A stretch of DNA of 63,860 nucleotides, the filler included, from Octopus bimaculoides (lineage: Eukaryota), in assembly GCF_001194135.2 (NCBI RefSeq). It is 7 parts of 6 records of this genome, joined end to end, with 100 filler letters (N's around TTAATTAATTAA, not from the genome) between each part and the next. Parts side by side here need not be neighbours in the genome. Positions count along the whole stretch, not along the records: positions 32,373 to 41,450 come from NC_068988.1; positions 41,551 to 44,410 come from NC_068986.1; positions 44,511 to 49,365 come from NC_068991.1; positions 49,466 to 62,682 come from NC_068986.1; 3 more parts are not named here. One strand, given 5' to 3'. The notes under the pieces were generated by a model. The model saw only the letters and a program-made list of their open reading frames with translations, ran no database searches and had not been told where the DNA came from. Position numbers and translations under genes: made by a program. Positions 38,675-50,070 of this stretch are shown piece by piece. The first letter of the stretch is position 1; every line of letters starts with the position of its first letter.

Positions 38675-38975
38675 TTTGTGCTGGTCGCCGTCAAGACGTC
38701 AGGTGTTCTAGGACCCCGTACAACTGATTATCTCTGCAAAATAGGGATAACGGTGGCCATTCGGAGAAACGAGCCCCGCCAGGTAGTTTGGCTGTTGCAG
38801 AGAAGACCGTGCGGCGCGGCTGAACACGCAATTTTTTTTTATGGGTTACTTGTAACCCACCACCCTCTCCCCTCCAAGCTTTATCCACCACCTTCTCTCT
38901 TTTCTTTTCTTTCTTTCTCTTTCTTATCACTTTTCTGCTTTGTTTCTTTCTATTTAAATGTTCTAATAAAATAAA
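38675..38975 (+). mobile_element. 3' fragment of a CRE-like (restriction-like endonuclease) non-LTR retrotransposon
   Basis: FVLVAVKTSGVLGPRTTDYLCKIGITVAIRRNEPRQVVWLLQR/TVRRG resembles the CRE-clade C-terminus F.P.AVET.G..GP....FL...G........EPR...(F/W)L.QR.S.A..RGN. A pyrimidine-rich 3' UTR and AATAAA (38965-38970) follow. Confidence 0.65.
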
Positions 38976-39008
38976 GTTTAGAAAGTTAGTGATTGGACAT
39001 TAAAAAGC

Positions 39009-39150
39009 ATTGCAATTAAGGATTGTGTTGTCCCGCGCTCTGGCGATTTCTGTTATTTTAGGCGTTCCCTAAGGAATATTGCAATTAAGGATTGTGTTGT
39101 CGCGCGCTCTGGCGATTTCTGTTATTTTAGGCGTTCCCTAAGGAATATTG
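39009..39150. repeat. 69-bp tandem direct duplication, one mismatch
   Basis: ATTGCAATTAAGGATTGTGTTGTCSCGCGCTCTGGCGATTTCTGTTATTTTAGGCGTTCCCTAAGGAAT at 39009 and 39078. Confidence 0.95.
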
Positions 39151-39592
39151 ACAAAGGCTTGCAAAACAGTGGATATTGTCCATAAACCTGTTTGTCTGAA
39201 CAAAAATAATTAAATCACTTGGAATTAAATTAATTATATATAATTTTTAAATAAAAAGAACAATAGAATTTTTATAAACGATGTTTGTAAATGAAAATAA
39301 TTAACTAATTAAATTTTGTTAATTTCGCCTAAAGAAATTTGGGCCTATTTGAGAGTTTGAGCAAATACGCGCGTGAGGGTGTGTGTGTATTTGTGTATAG
39401 GTATGTATGATATGTGTATATATATATGTATGAATACATCCATGCATTTATGTATGAATGCATACACATATACACACATGTATATGTATGTATATATGTG
39501 TATGTATATTTATTCGTGCGTTCATGAATGTATATATGATATATGTATGCATCCATATTGAGCTATATATTTGTTGCATATATATACATGCA

Positions 39593-39626
<34 letters not shown>

Positions 39627-39741
39627 CATACATACATACATACATACATACATACGTATGTAATGTGTATGTTATATGTCTACTCATATGTATATATGTA
39701 TATATATGCATATGCATATACACATACATATACGTTATATA

Positions 39742-39792
<51 letters not shown>

Positions 39793-40168
39793 AGAATTCA
39801 TACACATGTACATATAGTTATATTTATTCCTACATATATATTTATATATTGTATGTATTGTAATGAATGATAGCTATTCAAAATAATACCATTGAATCAG
39901 AAAACAACAAAATTAACCAAATCCCATTCGTCCAAAAACGACGAAAAACGAAATTCAACAAAATGAAAACTACACACAAAACTTTTACCAGATGCACACA
40001 CAAATTGAACTTGCAATCTATAAACACACGCATCCACACAATATATGCATAGAACGCAAAACAAAGGGTTACTAGAATATTTCTGTGAATTCCGAAGGGA
40101 CATTTGAAAGAATCATTATTCGTGTATCCTGTGTGTCTGTAATTACAATGCGTTTAGAATGTACAGGC

Positions 40169-40230
<62 letters not shown>

Positions 40231-40278
40231 ATATGTATGTATATTGTGTATGTGTGTGTGTGTGTGTGTGTGCGTATA

Positions 40279-40800
40279 GGCACAGGAGTGGCTGTGTGGC
40301 AAGAAGGCGGTGAGCTGGCAGAATTGTTAGCACGCCGGGCGAAATGCTTAGCAGTATCTCGTCTGCCGTTACGTTCTGAGTTCAAATTCCGCCGAGGTCG
40401 ACTTTGCCTTTCATCCTTTCGAGGTCGATAAATTAAGTGCCAGTTACGCACTGGGGTCGATATAATCGACGTAATCCCTTTGTCTGTCCTTGTTTGTCCC
40501 CTCTATGTTTAGCTCCTTGTGGGCAATAAAGAAATAAGAAGCTTGTTTCCCAACCGTATGGTTTGGGGTTCAGTCCCATTGTGTGGTACCATGGGCAAGT
40601 GTCTTTTACTCTTGCTTCGGGCCGACTAAAACCTTGTGAGTGGATTTGGTAGACGAAACTGAAAGAAGCCCGTCGTATATATGTGTGTGTGTGAGTGCAC
40701 GTGTGTGTATATATTTTGCCTTTCGAAGTCGATAAAATTCGTACCAGTCAAGCACCGGAGTCGATATAACCCAACAATTTCATGCCTTGTGTCCATCGCA
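40279..40800 (+). mobile_element. Family-C SINE with a nested family-B SINE (40307-40535)
   Basis: The C head GGCACAGGAGTGGCTGTGTGGCAAGAAG is interrupted and resumes at CTTGTTTCCCAACC. AAGAAG is duplicated at 40301-40306 and 40536-40541. Confidence 0.88.
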
Positions 40801-41269
40801 AAAAAAAGAAAAAAAAAAGAAAAGAAAAACGATTATCCATCCTTGATCGTGTCTGTTTACTCCTATCATTCCACTTTATTTTCCGTCTGCCATTATTTTT
40901 CTCTGACTTTGTTTTCTTTAGAAAATAATCCAGGTAAAACATCAACTGACTAAGCCGTTTCTAATACGGAGGTGATCCATTTAATCTCCTACTCACAATC
41001 TCACTTCTTTTGAAATCAGACAGGTCCTTCATAATAGTAACCTAAAGATAGCTTAGTCTAAATATAGCAAAGAAACATTGATTGATTATATCAAATAGTT
41101 TGTATCAGAAACGTAGATAGATTTTATTACAGTTTGAACGTTCATTTCATGGTTAACCGATCACTGAACTTTCCACTACAAAAAAAAAAAAATGACAAAA
41201 AAATTAAACGATGTTCAATTTATTTTCTTCTGTCCTTGTGTGAGCGCAAGTATGTGTGAGGATGTGTAA

Positions 41270-41450
41270 TATTGATTTCAAATTCTGGCACAAGGCCAGT
41301 AATTTTGAGAGAAGGGGTAAGTCGATTTCATGGACCCCAGTGTTCAACTGGTACTTATTTTTATCGACTCCTTAATGATGAAAGGCGAAGTCGACCTCGG
41401 CGGAATTTGAACTCAGAACGTAAAGACAGACGAAATACCGCTAAGCATTT
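41270..41450 (-). mobile_element. Family-B SINE truncated by the scaffold end
   Basis: GTCGACCTCGGCGGAATTTGAACTCAGAACGTAAAGACAGACGAAATACCGCTAAGCATTT. Confidence 0.85.
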
Positions 41451-41550
41451 NNNNNNNNNNNNNNNNNNNNNNNNNNNNNNNNNNNNNNNNNNNNTTAATT
41501 AATTAANNNNNNNNNNNNNNNNNNNNNNNNNNNNNNNNNNNNNNNNNNNN
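41451..41550. other. Artificial contig/scaffold spacer
   Basis: N44-TTAATTAATTAA-N44. Confidence 0.97.
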
Positions 41551-41820
41551 TATGGATACATATTTAGAGCCAGTGAACAGTAATTGACGAAACCGGTATG
41601 ACTTTGAATACTTTTAATAATTCATAATAATGACTTTTATTCCTCTTAATTCTACCTCAGTTCATCTAATTGTATATATTTATCGTTAGTTTTCATTAAG
41701 AAAATCCTTTATGTTTTTGATATGTGAATTTTCGCTTTTTTCTTCTTACCTTACCAATACCTATTCCACGTGTAGTTTCTAGTTTCTTTTTGAAAACATA
41801 TTTCTATTATATATATATAT

Positions 41821-42101
41821 ATAAGAGGGTTGACTACTAGGTGGACATGCATTTTGCTAGAAGAAGACCATCTATGGTCTGACCAGTAGAGTTGCGGACA
41901 ATTGCGTAAGTAATTACGTAAGTGATTACAACGAGACCCGTCTGTGACTAATCTTTATATTTTCTATCTTTTCATTTGTCTTGCACGCTTACGTTCTGGT
42001 GTTTGCTGAATTTTCTTGAGAACAATCTTTTCTTAGTGGTCAGACCATAGGTGATCTTCTTCTAGCAAAATGGATGTCCACTTAGTGGTCAACCCTCTTA
42101 T
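41821..42101. mobile_element. MITE with about 65-bp TIRs, flanked by (TA)n
   Basis: 41821-41885 (ATAAGAGGGTTGACTACTAGGTGGACATGCATTTTGCTAGAAGAAGACCATCTATGGTCTGACCA) is the reverse complement of 42037-42101 with few mismatches. Confidence 0.9.
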
Positions 42102-42225
42102 ATATATATGTAATATAATTTTTCTGAATTTTCAGATTTTTCGATTTGCTAGGCCACTGGTTTTAGATTGATATTAATCAAATTAATATTCAATTTTTCA
42201 CACCTATTATTTAAATTTATATATG

Positions 42226-42280
<55 letters not shown>

Positions 42281-42925
42281 GAAAACAAAAAATGCAGCAA
42301 GAACGTAACAGGCGACAACAAAACATTCGGACCGTTAGACGATACAAAAAAGGACACGAAAAAACAAGGACGGGTCATTCGGAGTATTCTATCTTCAGTC
42401 GAGTTCCAGATTTTCTCAGCAGTTTCGGCCGGTTACATTCGAGGCTGCTCTAATCTAACCGCCCCCTAGTAAATCTAAGCTAAGAGCACTTGATTCCTTG
42501 GAAGAAAGCAAGCGAATGTATACGAAAACAAGGACGAAAAATACGGAGAAATGGTACGCAAATACAAATACAAACAACAGGTGTCTTTCCACTAAGGACG
42601 AATTACGGCAGAGATATAAGGGATAAAAGTCATGTGAAGGAATATAGATTTTACACGGATGGTAGTCGAACCAAGAAAGAAAGGTCAGGCTTGGCGGAAC
42701 GCCTGTGACGTGGAAGGAGAGGAGAGAGGTAGGGGTAGAGGGATAGAAGAATTAGAGAGGGATGAGAAAGAAAGAAAAAAGAAAAGGGACAGAGTGAGGT
42801 AAAAGAAGAGAGAAGGTGACAATGATGGAAAGACAAGAAATGTGAGAGAGGGGACCGAGAAAAAAGAAAAGTGGAAAAAACGAAGTAAGTGTGAAGGGGT
42901 TGAAAGAATAAGAGAGTCGCACAGA

Positions 42926-42994
<69 letters not shown>

Positions 42995-43673
42995 AAGAGA
43001 AAGAGAGAGATAGAGAGACAGAGAGACAGAGTGACAGAGAGACAGAGAGACAGAGAGACAGAGAGAGAGAGTGGGTGCATACTTAATGATAGTTTTTTAT
43101 TCTAAATTTATTCGGAAATAAGACACCAAAATAAAACAGTCGTTAATTATGCACCAACCCAATATATATACGAGTGTGTGCGTGTGTGTGTGTATAACAG
43201 CATGTGTATATTATTGTATGTATGTATGTATGTATGTGTGGTAGTGTCTCTATTCACGCTCACACATGTGCATATATATATTCTCATGTCCGTGCGAAAT
43301 GTATATATATACGTAAATACACAGAAACACACACACACACACAGGCATGCACACACATAAGCACACACACACAAATATGCACACATACACACACCTGCAC
43401 ACACATACACACATCTGCACACACATACATGCACCCACATACACACAAATACACACACACGCATACACACATACATACGAACGCGCGCACACACACACAC
43501 GTACACATATACACGCACACAAACATACACATAGATACTTTTTCAAGCAGGTAATCTTTTTTTTCTGCCTCAAAAGAGAGAAGAAAACCACCAACAAGCA
43601 CCAACATGCAACATGACTGACATATTGACATGTACCGAAGAGTTTGTGTGTGTGTATATATATATATATATAT

Positions 43674-43739
<66 letters not shown>

Positions 43740-44379
43740 GTGTGTGTGTGTGTGTGCAATGTACGTATGCATGTATGTATATATATTCAAACACGCATTG
43801 TCACTGTCTTACTGTTTGATACAGCAGTCTCTTCATACATGTATAGAATACATGAGTATATAAGTTCATTTTGTTTGTATACACCTATGTTTGTTTTAAC
43901 AATCGATACGTTTCTTCGTGAGCTTCTATGAAAGAATGAACAAAAATAATATATTGTAATCCATTTGTTGTCATTGGCACATTTCGCAGTTTCTTTTCAC
44001 TTTTCCCTGGGTGTGGCGGTGTGGTTTAGATGAGCTTGCTTCGTATCTTTTGGCTTCGGGTTCTAGCTCACTGCTCGGAATATAGGACTTTCTTTATCAT
44101 CTTGTCTACTGCAATAGCTGCATTTCGATCAAAGTCTTGTGAATGCAATTTAAAACACGGAAACTATTTTTTGTTGTTTGCCTTTTAAATATATATCAAG
44201 GATAATCTGGATCTCGACTGAAGAGAGAAAACTCCGAATGACCTGTCCGTGTTTTCTTTGTATCGTCTATCTGTATGTTTTGTCCCTTTCTTGTATCACC
44301 TAACTGTCTGGATGTTTTGCGTCCTTGTCTCATTCTGTATTATTTATACATATATGTATAGCGGCGTACGTAAAGCTTG

Positions 44380-44410
<31 letters not shown>

Positions 44411-44510
44411 NNNNNNNNNNNNNNNNNNNNNNNNNNNNNNNNNNNNNNNNNNNNTTAATTAATTAANNNNNNNNNNNNNNNNNNNNNNNNNNNNNNNNNN
44501 NNNNNNNNNN
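44411..44510. other. Artificial contig/scaffold spacer
   Basis: N44-TTAATTAATTAA-N44. Confidence 0.97.
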
Positions 44511-45650
44511 ACATATATATTGTATGTATATACATATATATATATATACACACACACACACACGCACACATATTTATATATATTTAGAACAGTATGAATA
44601 AAATAAGAGATGGAATGTGTACTAGACTTTATTGGGTACAACACATGTTTCGACCAGTTCTGGGTATCTTCATGTACATCAATAAAAAGTCTCATATAAA
44701 CGTACAGGTTGCGATGAATAAATTATCGGATATATATATAGAGAGAGAAACAGAGACGGCAGACTTACAGACATACGGACGGAAAGACAAGTTGATAGAT
44801 AGATAGACAGATAGATATTCATACATAAATTTGCATGCTTATATATGTAGATATTCGTGTATATATGTGTATACATATATATATATTTGTATGCCTGTAT
44901 GTATGTATGTATGTATATATATACATATATAAATGTGTGTGTGCAAGTGTGTATCTATAAAACTATGTTATGTATGTATGTTTCACAAACGTCTTGCTTA
45001 AATTTCGCATTAAGTAACAGTTCCATATAATACCAGCTACAAACAATTATAAATATAATTGCATACGACACGATACGATGGGTCGATATCAGGGATTGAT
45101 AGAATGGCGTCCTACAACGACTTCATATTGAGAAAACCTCCACATTTGCCGAAGAGTGCACGAAATGTAGTTGAATATAAATGATTATATTTGTACGAAT
45201 TTAATTCTATGAAAACAATATTAAAATACTTGCCGAAATAATCATAATAGAAAATTCAAAATGTTAATCTATTTAAAACAAACGCTATTGTCGTGTATTC
45301 AATAACCTATCCAAAATTAATTATACTAGGAAGGAACAATGGATTATATATACACACACATATATATATATAAATATATATATATAAATATATANNNNNN
45401 NNNNNNNNNNNNNNNNNNNNNNNNNNNNNNNNNNNNNNNNNNNNNNNNNNNNNNNNNNNNNNNNNNNNNNNNNNNNNNNNNNNNNNNNNNNNNNNNNNNN
45501 NNNNNNNNNNNNNNNNNNNNNNNTACATATGTATATATGTAAGTTTAGGAATATACATATATAAGTTTGCGTCTCTCTTTTGATGCATATAAATCTATAT
45601 CTACATATCTCTCTCCCTCTCTCTCTTTGTATATATATATATATCGATAC

Positions 45651-45703
<53 letters not shown>

Positions 45704-45904
45704 TGTTTCTTTCCGTGTGTGTATGTGTGTATTCGAGATTATATGTGAATTCTTGATTTGAATACGTGCACATATGTTTGGCTTGTGCGTATATATGTAC
45801 CTATATGTTTCTGTATGAAAGTGTTAAATGGCAGTAATGGAAATTGTTAAACTGTAATCAGACACACGTATTCCTACATTCCTGTGCTTTGAGACACCAT
45901 ATAT

Positions 45905-46028
<124 letters not shown>

Positions 46029-46914
46029 ATGAGTATGTATATATATATATATATATATATATACTCATATACACAGACATGTATATATATATATATATCT
46101 ATATATATATATATATATATACGTATATATGTATATGGACCTCGCCTTTATCGCAATCTTGTCTCCTATTTTGAAACAAATCTCCATGTTTAACACGATA
46201 CAATATTGTACAGATTGAGTAAACTTAGGCACATCCTTTATATCGCAAACATACAAGCATTGTCTATATACACTCTGTGACAAGATGAAGAAGGCAAACA
46301 CAATTAATGAAAGCAATTTAATAATTAAAATGTTATTCACAATTGGAATAATAATGATGATAATAAAGATAACGTTACTTATTAATTATTAATTATTATT
46401 AACATTTCTTCTTCTTCCTTCTCCTTCCTCTTCTTCTGCTACTACTACTACTACCACCACAACTATTACTACCGCTACTTCCCTTGTCACTACTGCTGCT
46501 GCTCCTCCACTTACTACTACTACTATTACTATTACTCTCACTACCACTACTACTGCTGCTACTACTACTACTACTACTTTTTACTTCTCCTTCTTCTCCT
46601 TCTTTTTCTTTTTAGTATCATTATCATTATTTCCGTGATTATTACTATTGAGGTTGTTACTATTATTATTAATATATATCCATTTGAAAATAAATGTTAA
46701 TATCATCTTAAGTAATAGAAGTAACAACAACAAAGTACATTAACACGACACGCCACGGCCGCCCTCCTTATTCTATATGACCTCCACAACCCCCCGCCCA
46801 CAAAAAACACAGAAGCTGAATGAAAAGAACGACAATGAAATCAAGAACAAAATAGCATCACCACCACCACCACAGCCACAACAACACCGTCGATTAACAA
46901 TACAACTGACAATA

Positions 46915-46941
46915 ATAAATAATAACAATAATAATAATAAC

Positions 46942-46998
<57 letters not shown>

Positions 46999-46999
46999 T
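46915..46999. repeat. (AAT)n microsatellite
   Basis: Direct inspection; it gives poly-N/poly-L/poly-Y pseudo-ORFs. Confidence 0.95.
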
Positions 47000-47863
47000 T
47001 TGATGGCATATGAATGGATTATAGGTTAGAAAATTGAATTCCAATCAAATTAATATCGTATTTATGGAAAAAGACAGCTGAGAGGAGCCAAAACAACGAA
47101 TTCAGCTTGTTACAAAAACAAAAATCCAGTAATAGAAAGAAGTGTGTTAACATTGCATATGTTTATTATCAGAATTAAAACGATTTAAATAATGGGGGAG
47201 ACAGAACGAAGGGGAAAAGCGACATAATGTGTAATTGTATAAATTTGTTGTTTTGCCTATGATGTCATTGCGATGTATTTCATCAAGTATTTATCTGTGT
47301 TTGATTTTATACGCCTTTCATTCATTTGTTTTTAACTACTCTCCTTTATTTTTCGATATTATTTCAGCATTTTCCATTCTATAGGGAATATATTAAATGT
47401 TTATTCGTGTTCATTATTTTTTTCCTGATTATAAGATTATGTTTCGGATGTTTTGTCTGTTATTGGCTACAGTACTAATAATGTTTTGTTCTGTGTTATT
47501 TGCTTTTAAGGCATTTGTGCACACATACATGCATACATACATATATATATATATATGTATATATATATTTCAAATAAACAAACCATTAAAGAACGTAGAA
47601 AAACGATAAAAGCGAACGTGAAGACGTGCACAAGAAATATATTAATTTTACACTTGGTGAAGGAAGAGAGATATCCGTTAACGTTCCGAGCACAGCGCTT
47701 CGTGAGAAACATGAATTTCAGCATGGATTACGACACCTTTCTACTTGCAGATTCATATAATGCGTCCCTGCTAAATGACTTTAATTGCCAAAATGAGGAC
47801 CTTGAAATGCAGGGTCATTTTATTATCGGGCCAAATTACAATGCGGTATATAGTTACAAATCT

Positions 47864-47965
47864 GATGAAAATTTTTGATGAAAATTTTGATGAAAATTTT
47901 TGAAGAAAATTTTGATGAAAATGTTTGATGAAAATGTTTGATGAAAATTTTTGATGAAAATTTTG
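47864..47965. repeat. 12-13-bp minisatellite (GATGAAAATTTTT)n, about 8 units
   Basis: Direct inspection. Confidence 0.92.
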
Positions 47966-48638
47966 GTTGATAAATATTCGTTTGTGTGTTAATAAAGCCA
48001 CCAATGGCTTCAGAGGAAAAGTTTTTCAAAACTGTTCAGACATATTTCCCCATTACATATATATGCATATGTATGTATAAACAGATAAAAAGGTTTTTTT
48101 CCCACACATATATGTGTTTGTATACGTTCCACTCCCGGACAATGAGTGTTAACCTTTTTCTATGTCTTTGTAACCAAGGTTTCCGACAAACAGACCGACA
48201 AAATAAGTAAGCAAGTTAAAAACTATACGCTAATGTCAAATTTTCGACGAAGCATTCTCCTTTGATGTCCCAGTATCGCCGGAGTCCAATGGCTGAAACA
48301 AGAAAAAAAGAATAAAAAGATGGAACCATGATATCGTAAAATTTTGTTTGTATACGTATGCATATTTCATGTATTGTATAGAATGCTCTAATTAGCTTTT
48401 ATAATGGCTTTACATATATTATAAAATTTGCTCTTAAAAACCAGGCGTAGAAATGTTGTGTAATTTACATGATAAATAAAAGAAACGAAAAATAAAGTAA
48501 AGAAATACAACGCCATCTCTTTCCCGATGAATGTTCAAAGGAACATTCAAGAATATAAAGAAAACTCGGGCAGTATATAGTATGGTATGACTTAACTGCG
48601 GGGTATCTGGAGTAAAAATGAGATGACTCTCTAGCATT

Positions 48639-48712
<74 letters not shown>

Positions 48713-48925
48713 AATTAATGTATATCACAGTAGCATACCTTCTAGCTAGTTCAGTGAAAATATAATCAGTCATGCTATATATAGATATATAGACACTCAA
48801 ACAGACACACACATACAAACATACCGACACACATATAAGGTCCACACACGTAAGGGTAAAAATGTCACTCTATTTTCATCTGTCTCTCACTAATTTTTTG
48901 TTTCGATTTATGTAAATATGTATGC

Positions 48926-48998
<73 letters not shown>

Positions 48999-49365
48999 TA
49001 CTCGTGTTCTTGTGTATGTCTGTATCACTGTGCACATGTGTGCGTGTCTGTATGTGTATCTGTGGAGTGTTTGCTGTTGATAAATAATATTTAGGGCGAA
49101 CCTACAGAGCGAACATTAAGAGCTTATCTGGTTTGTGGTTTGTTGATTGTCTGTGTAACTCTCTGCTATGATCCCTGAGGCAATAAACACTTAAAGGCTA
49201 GCAATTTAATGTCTGCATAGTAAATCCAAGCTAGCGCTGTAAAATGATTTCGCCATTGAATCTGGGGCATAGCGTCAAAGGTAGATTTTTTTTAAATATC
49301 ATAAACCACTTACATCTGAGAGTAGGCGTGCGTTCATAGTTATTGCAACATATTATTGATTATAT

Positions 49366-49465
49366 NNNNNNNNNNNNNNNNNNNNNNNNNNNNNNNNNNN
49401 NNNNNNNNNTTAATTAATTAANNNNNNNNNNNNNNNNNNNNNNNNNNNNNNNNNNNNNNNNNNNN
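49366..49465. other. Artificial contig/scaffold spacer
   Basis: N44-TTAATTAATTAA-N44. Confidence 0.97.
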
Positions 49466-49744
49466 CCCCACCCCACGCCACGCCACCCCGCCCCACCATC
49501 ATCACCATGTTTCATCTTTGTCATCATCTGTATCAACAACAATGTCAGCAAAGAACCCCCCCACCACCACCAAATAAAAGCACGAATACACACGCCCACA
49601 CACACGTTCACACGTGCACTCACACGCATGCATATTGGACAGGACTAACGATTATCCGTTGGAAAGCTGTAATCGATGAAACTGCTGTTTACCAGCTGCG
49701 ATATGAAATAGCAAATAAAGTCTCGTACACAGGAACAAATTATA

Positions 49745-50070
49745 TATCTCTTACCTGTTTTAGTCATTGAAATGGGGCCATGCTGGGACTTTGCCTTAAA
49801 GGGTTTAGTCAAACAAGTCGATCCTAGTACATAGTCTTTTTAAGTCTGGTACTTATTCTATCGTTCATTTTTTGTCGAACCGCCAATTTACAGGAACATA
49901 AATAAATCAACACTGGTCGTTAAGTGGTGGTGGTGGAGAGCACCAGCATGAATACATACACCAAATTCATTCGCAAAGCCTTGGTCAACTCAGGGCTATT
50001 GTAGAAGATTTCCAAAGTGCCACGCCGTGGGACTGAAATTGAAACGGTGTAACTGGTACACACCATGCCT
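49745..50070 (-). mobile_element. Diverged family-C SINE
   Basis: Collinear with 25711-26145 (TTACCTGTTTTAGTCATTGA...GGTACTTATTCTATCG...CAAAGTGCCACGCCGTGGGACTGAA). Confidence 0.75.

Noticed and set aside
42300-44330. CTGAAGA...GAAT motif in two inverted copies (about 42300-42412 and 44200-44330)
   Set aside because: It is a genuine dispersed repeat, but stem III and GAAA do not fit a hammerhead and the distance makes a functional hairpin unlikely.
47555-47878. 107-aa ORF preceding the 13-bp minisatellite
   Set aside because: It begins in a TA tract, with no homology recognised and no clear splice sites.
49627-49740. Weakly FN3-like peptide (IIRWKAVIDETAVYQLRY)
   Set aside because: There is no convincing acceptor/donor, it sits between a CA tract and a SINE, and the similarity is too short.
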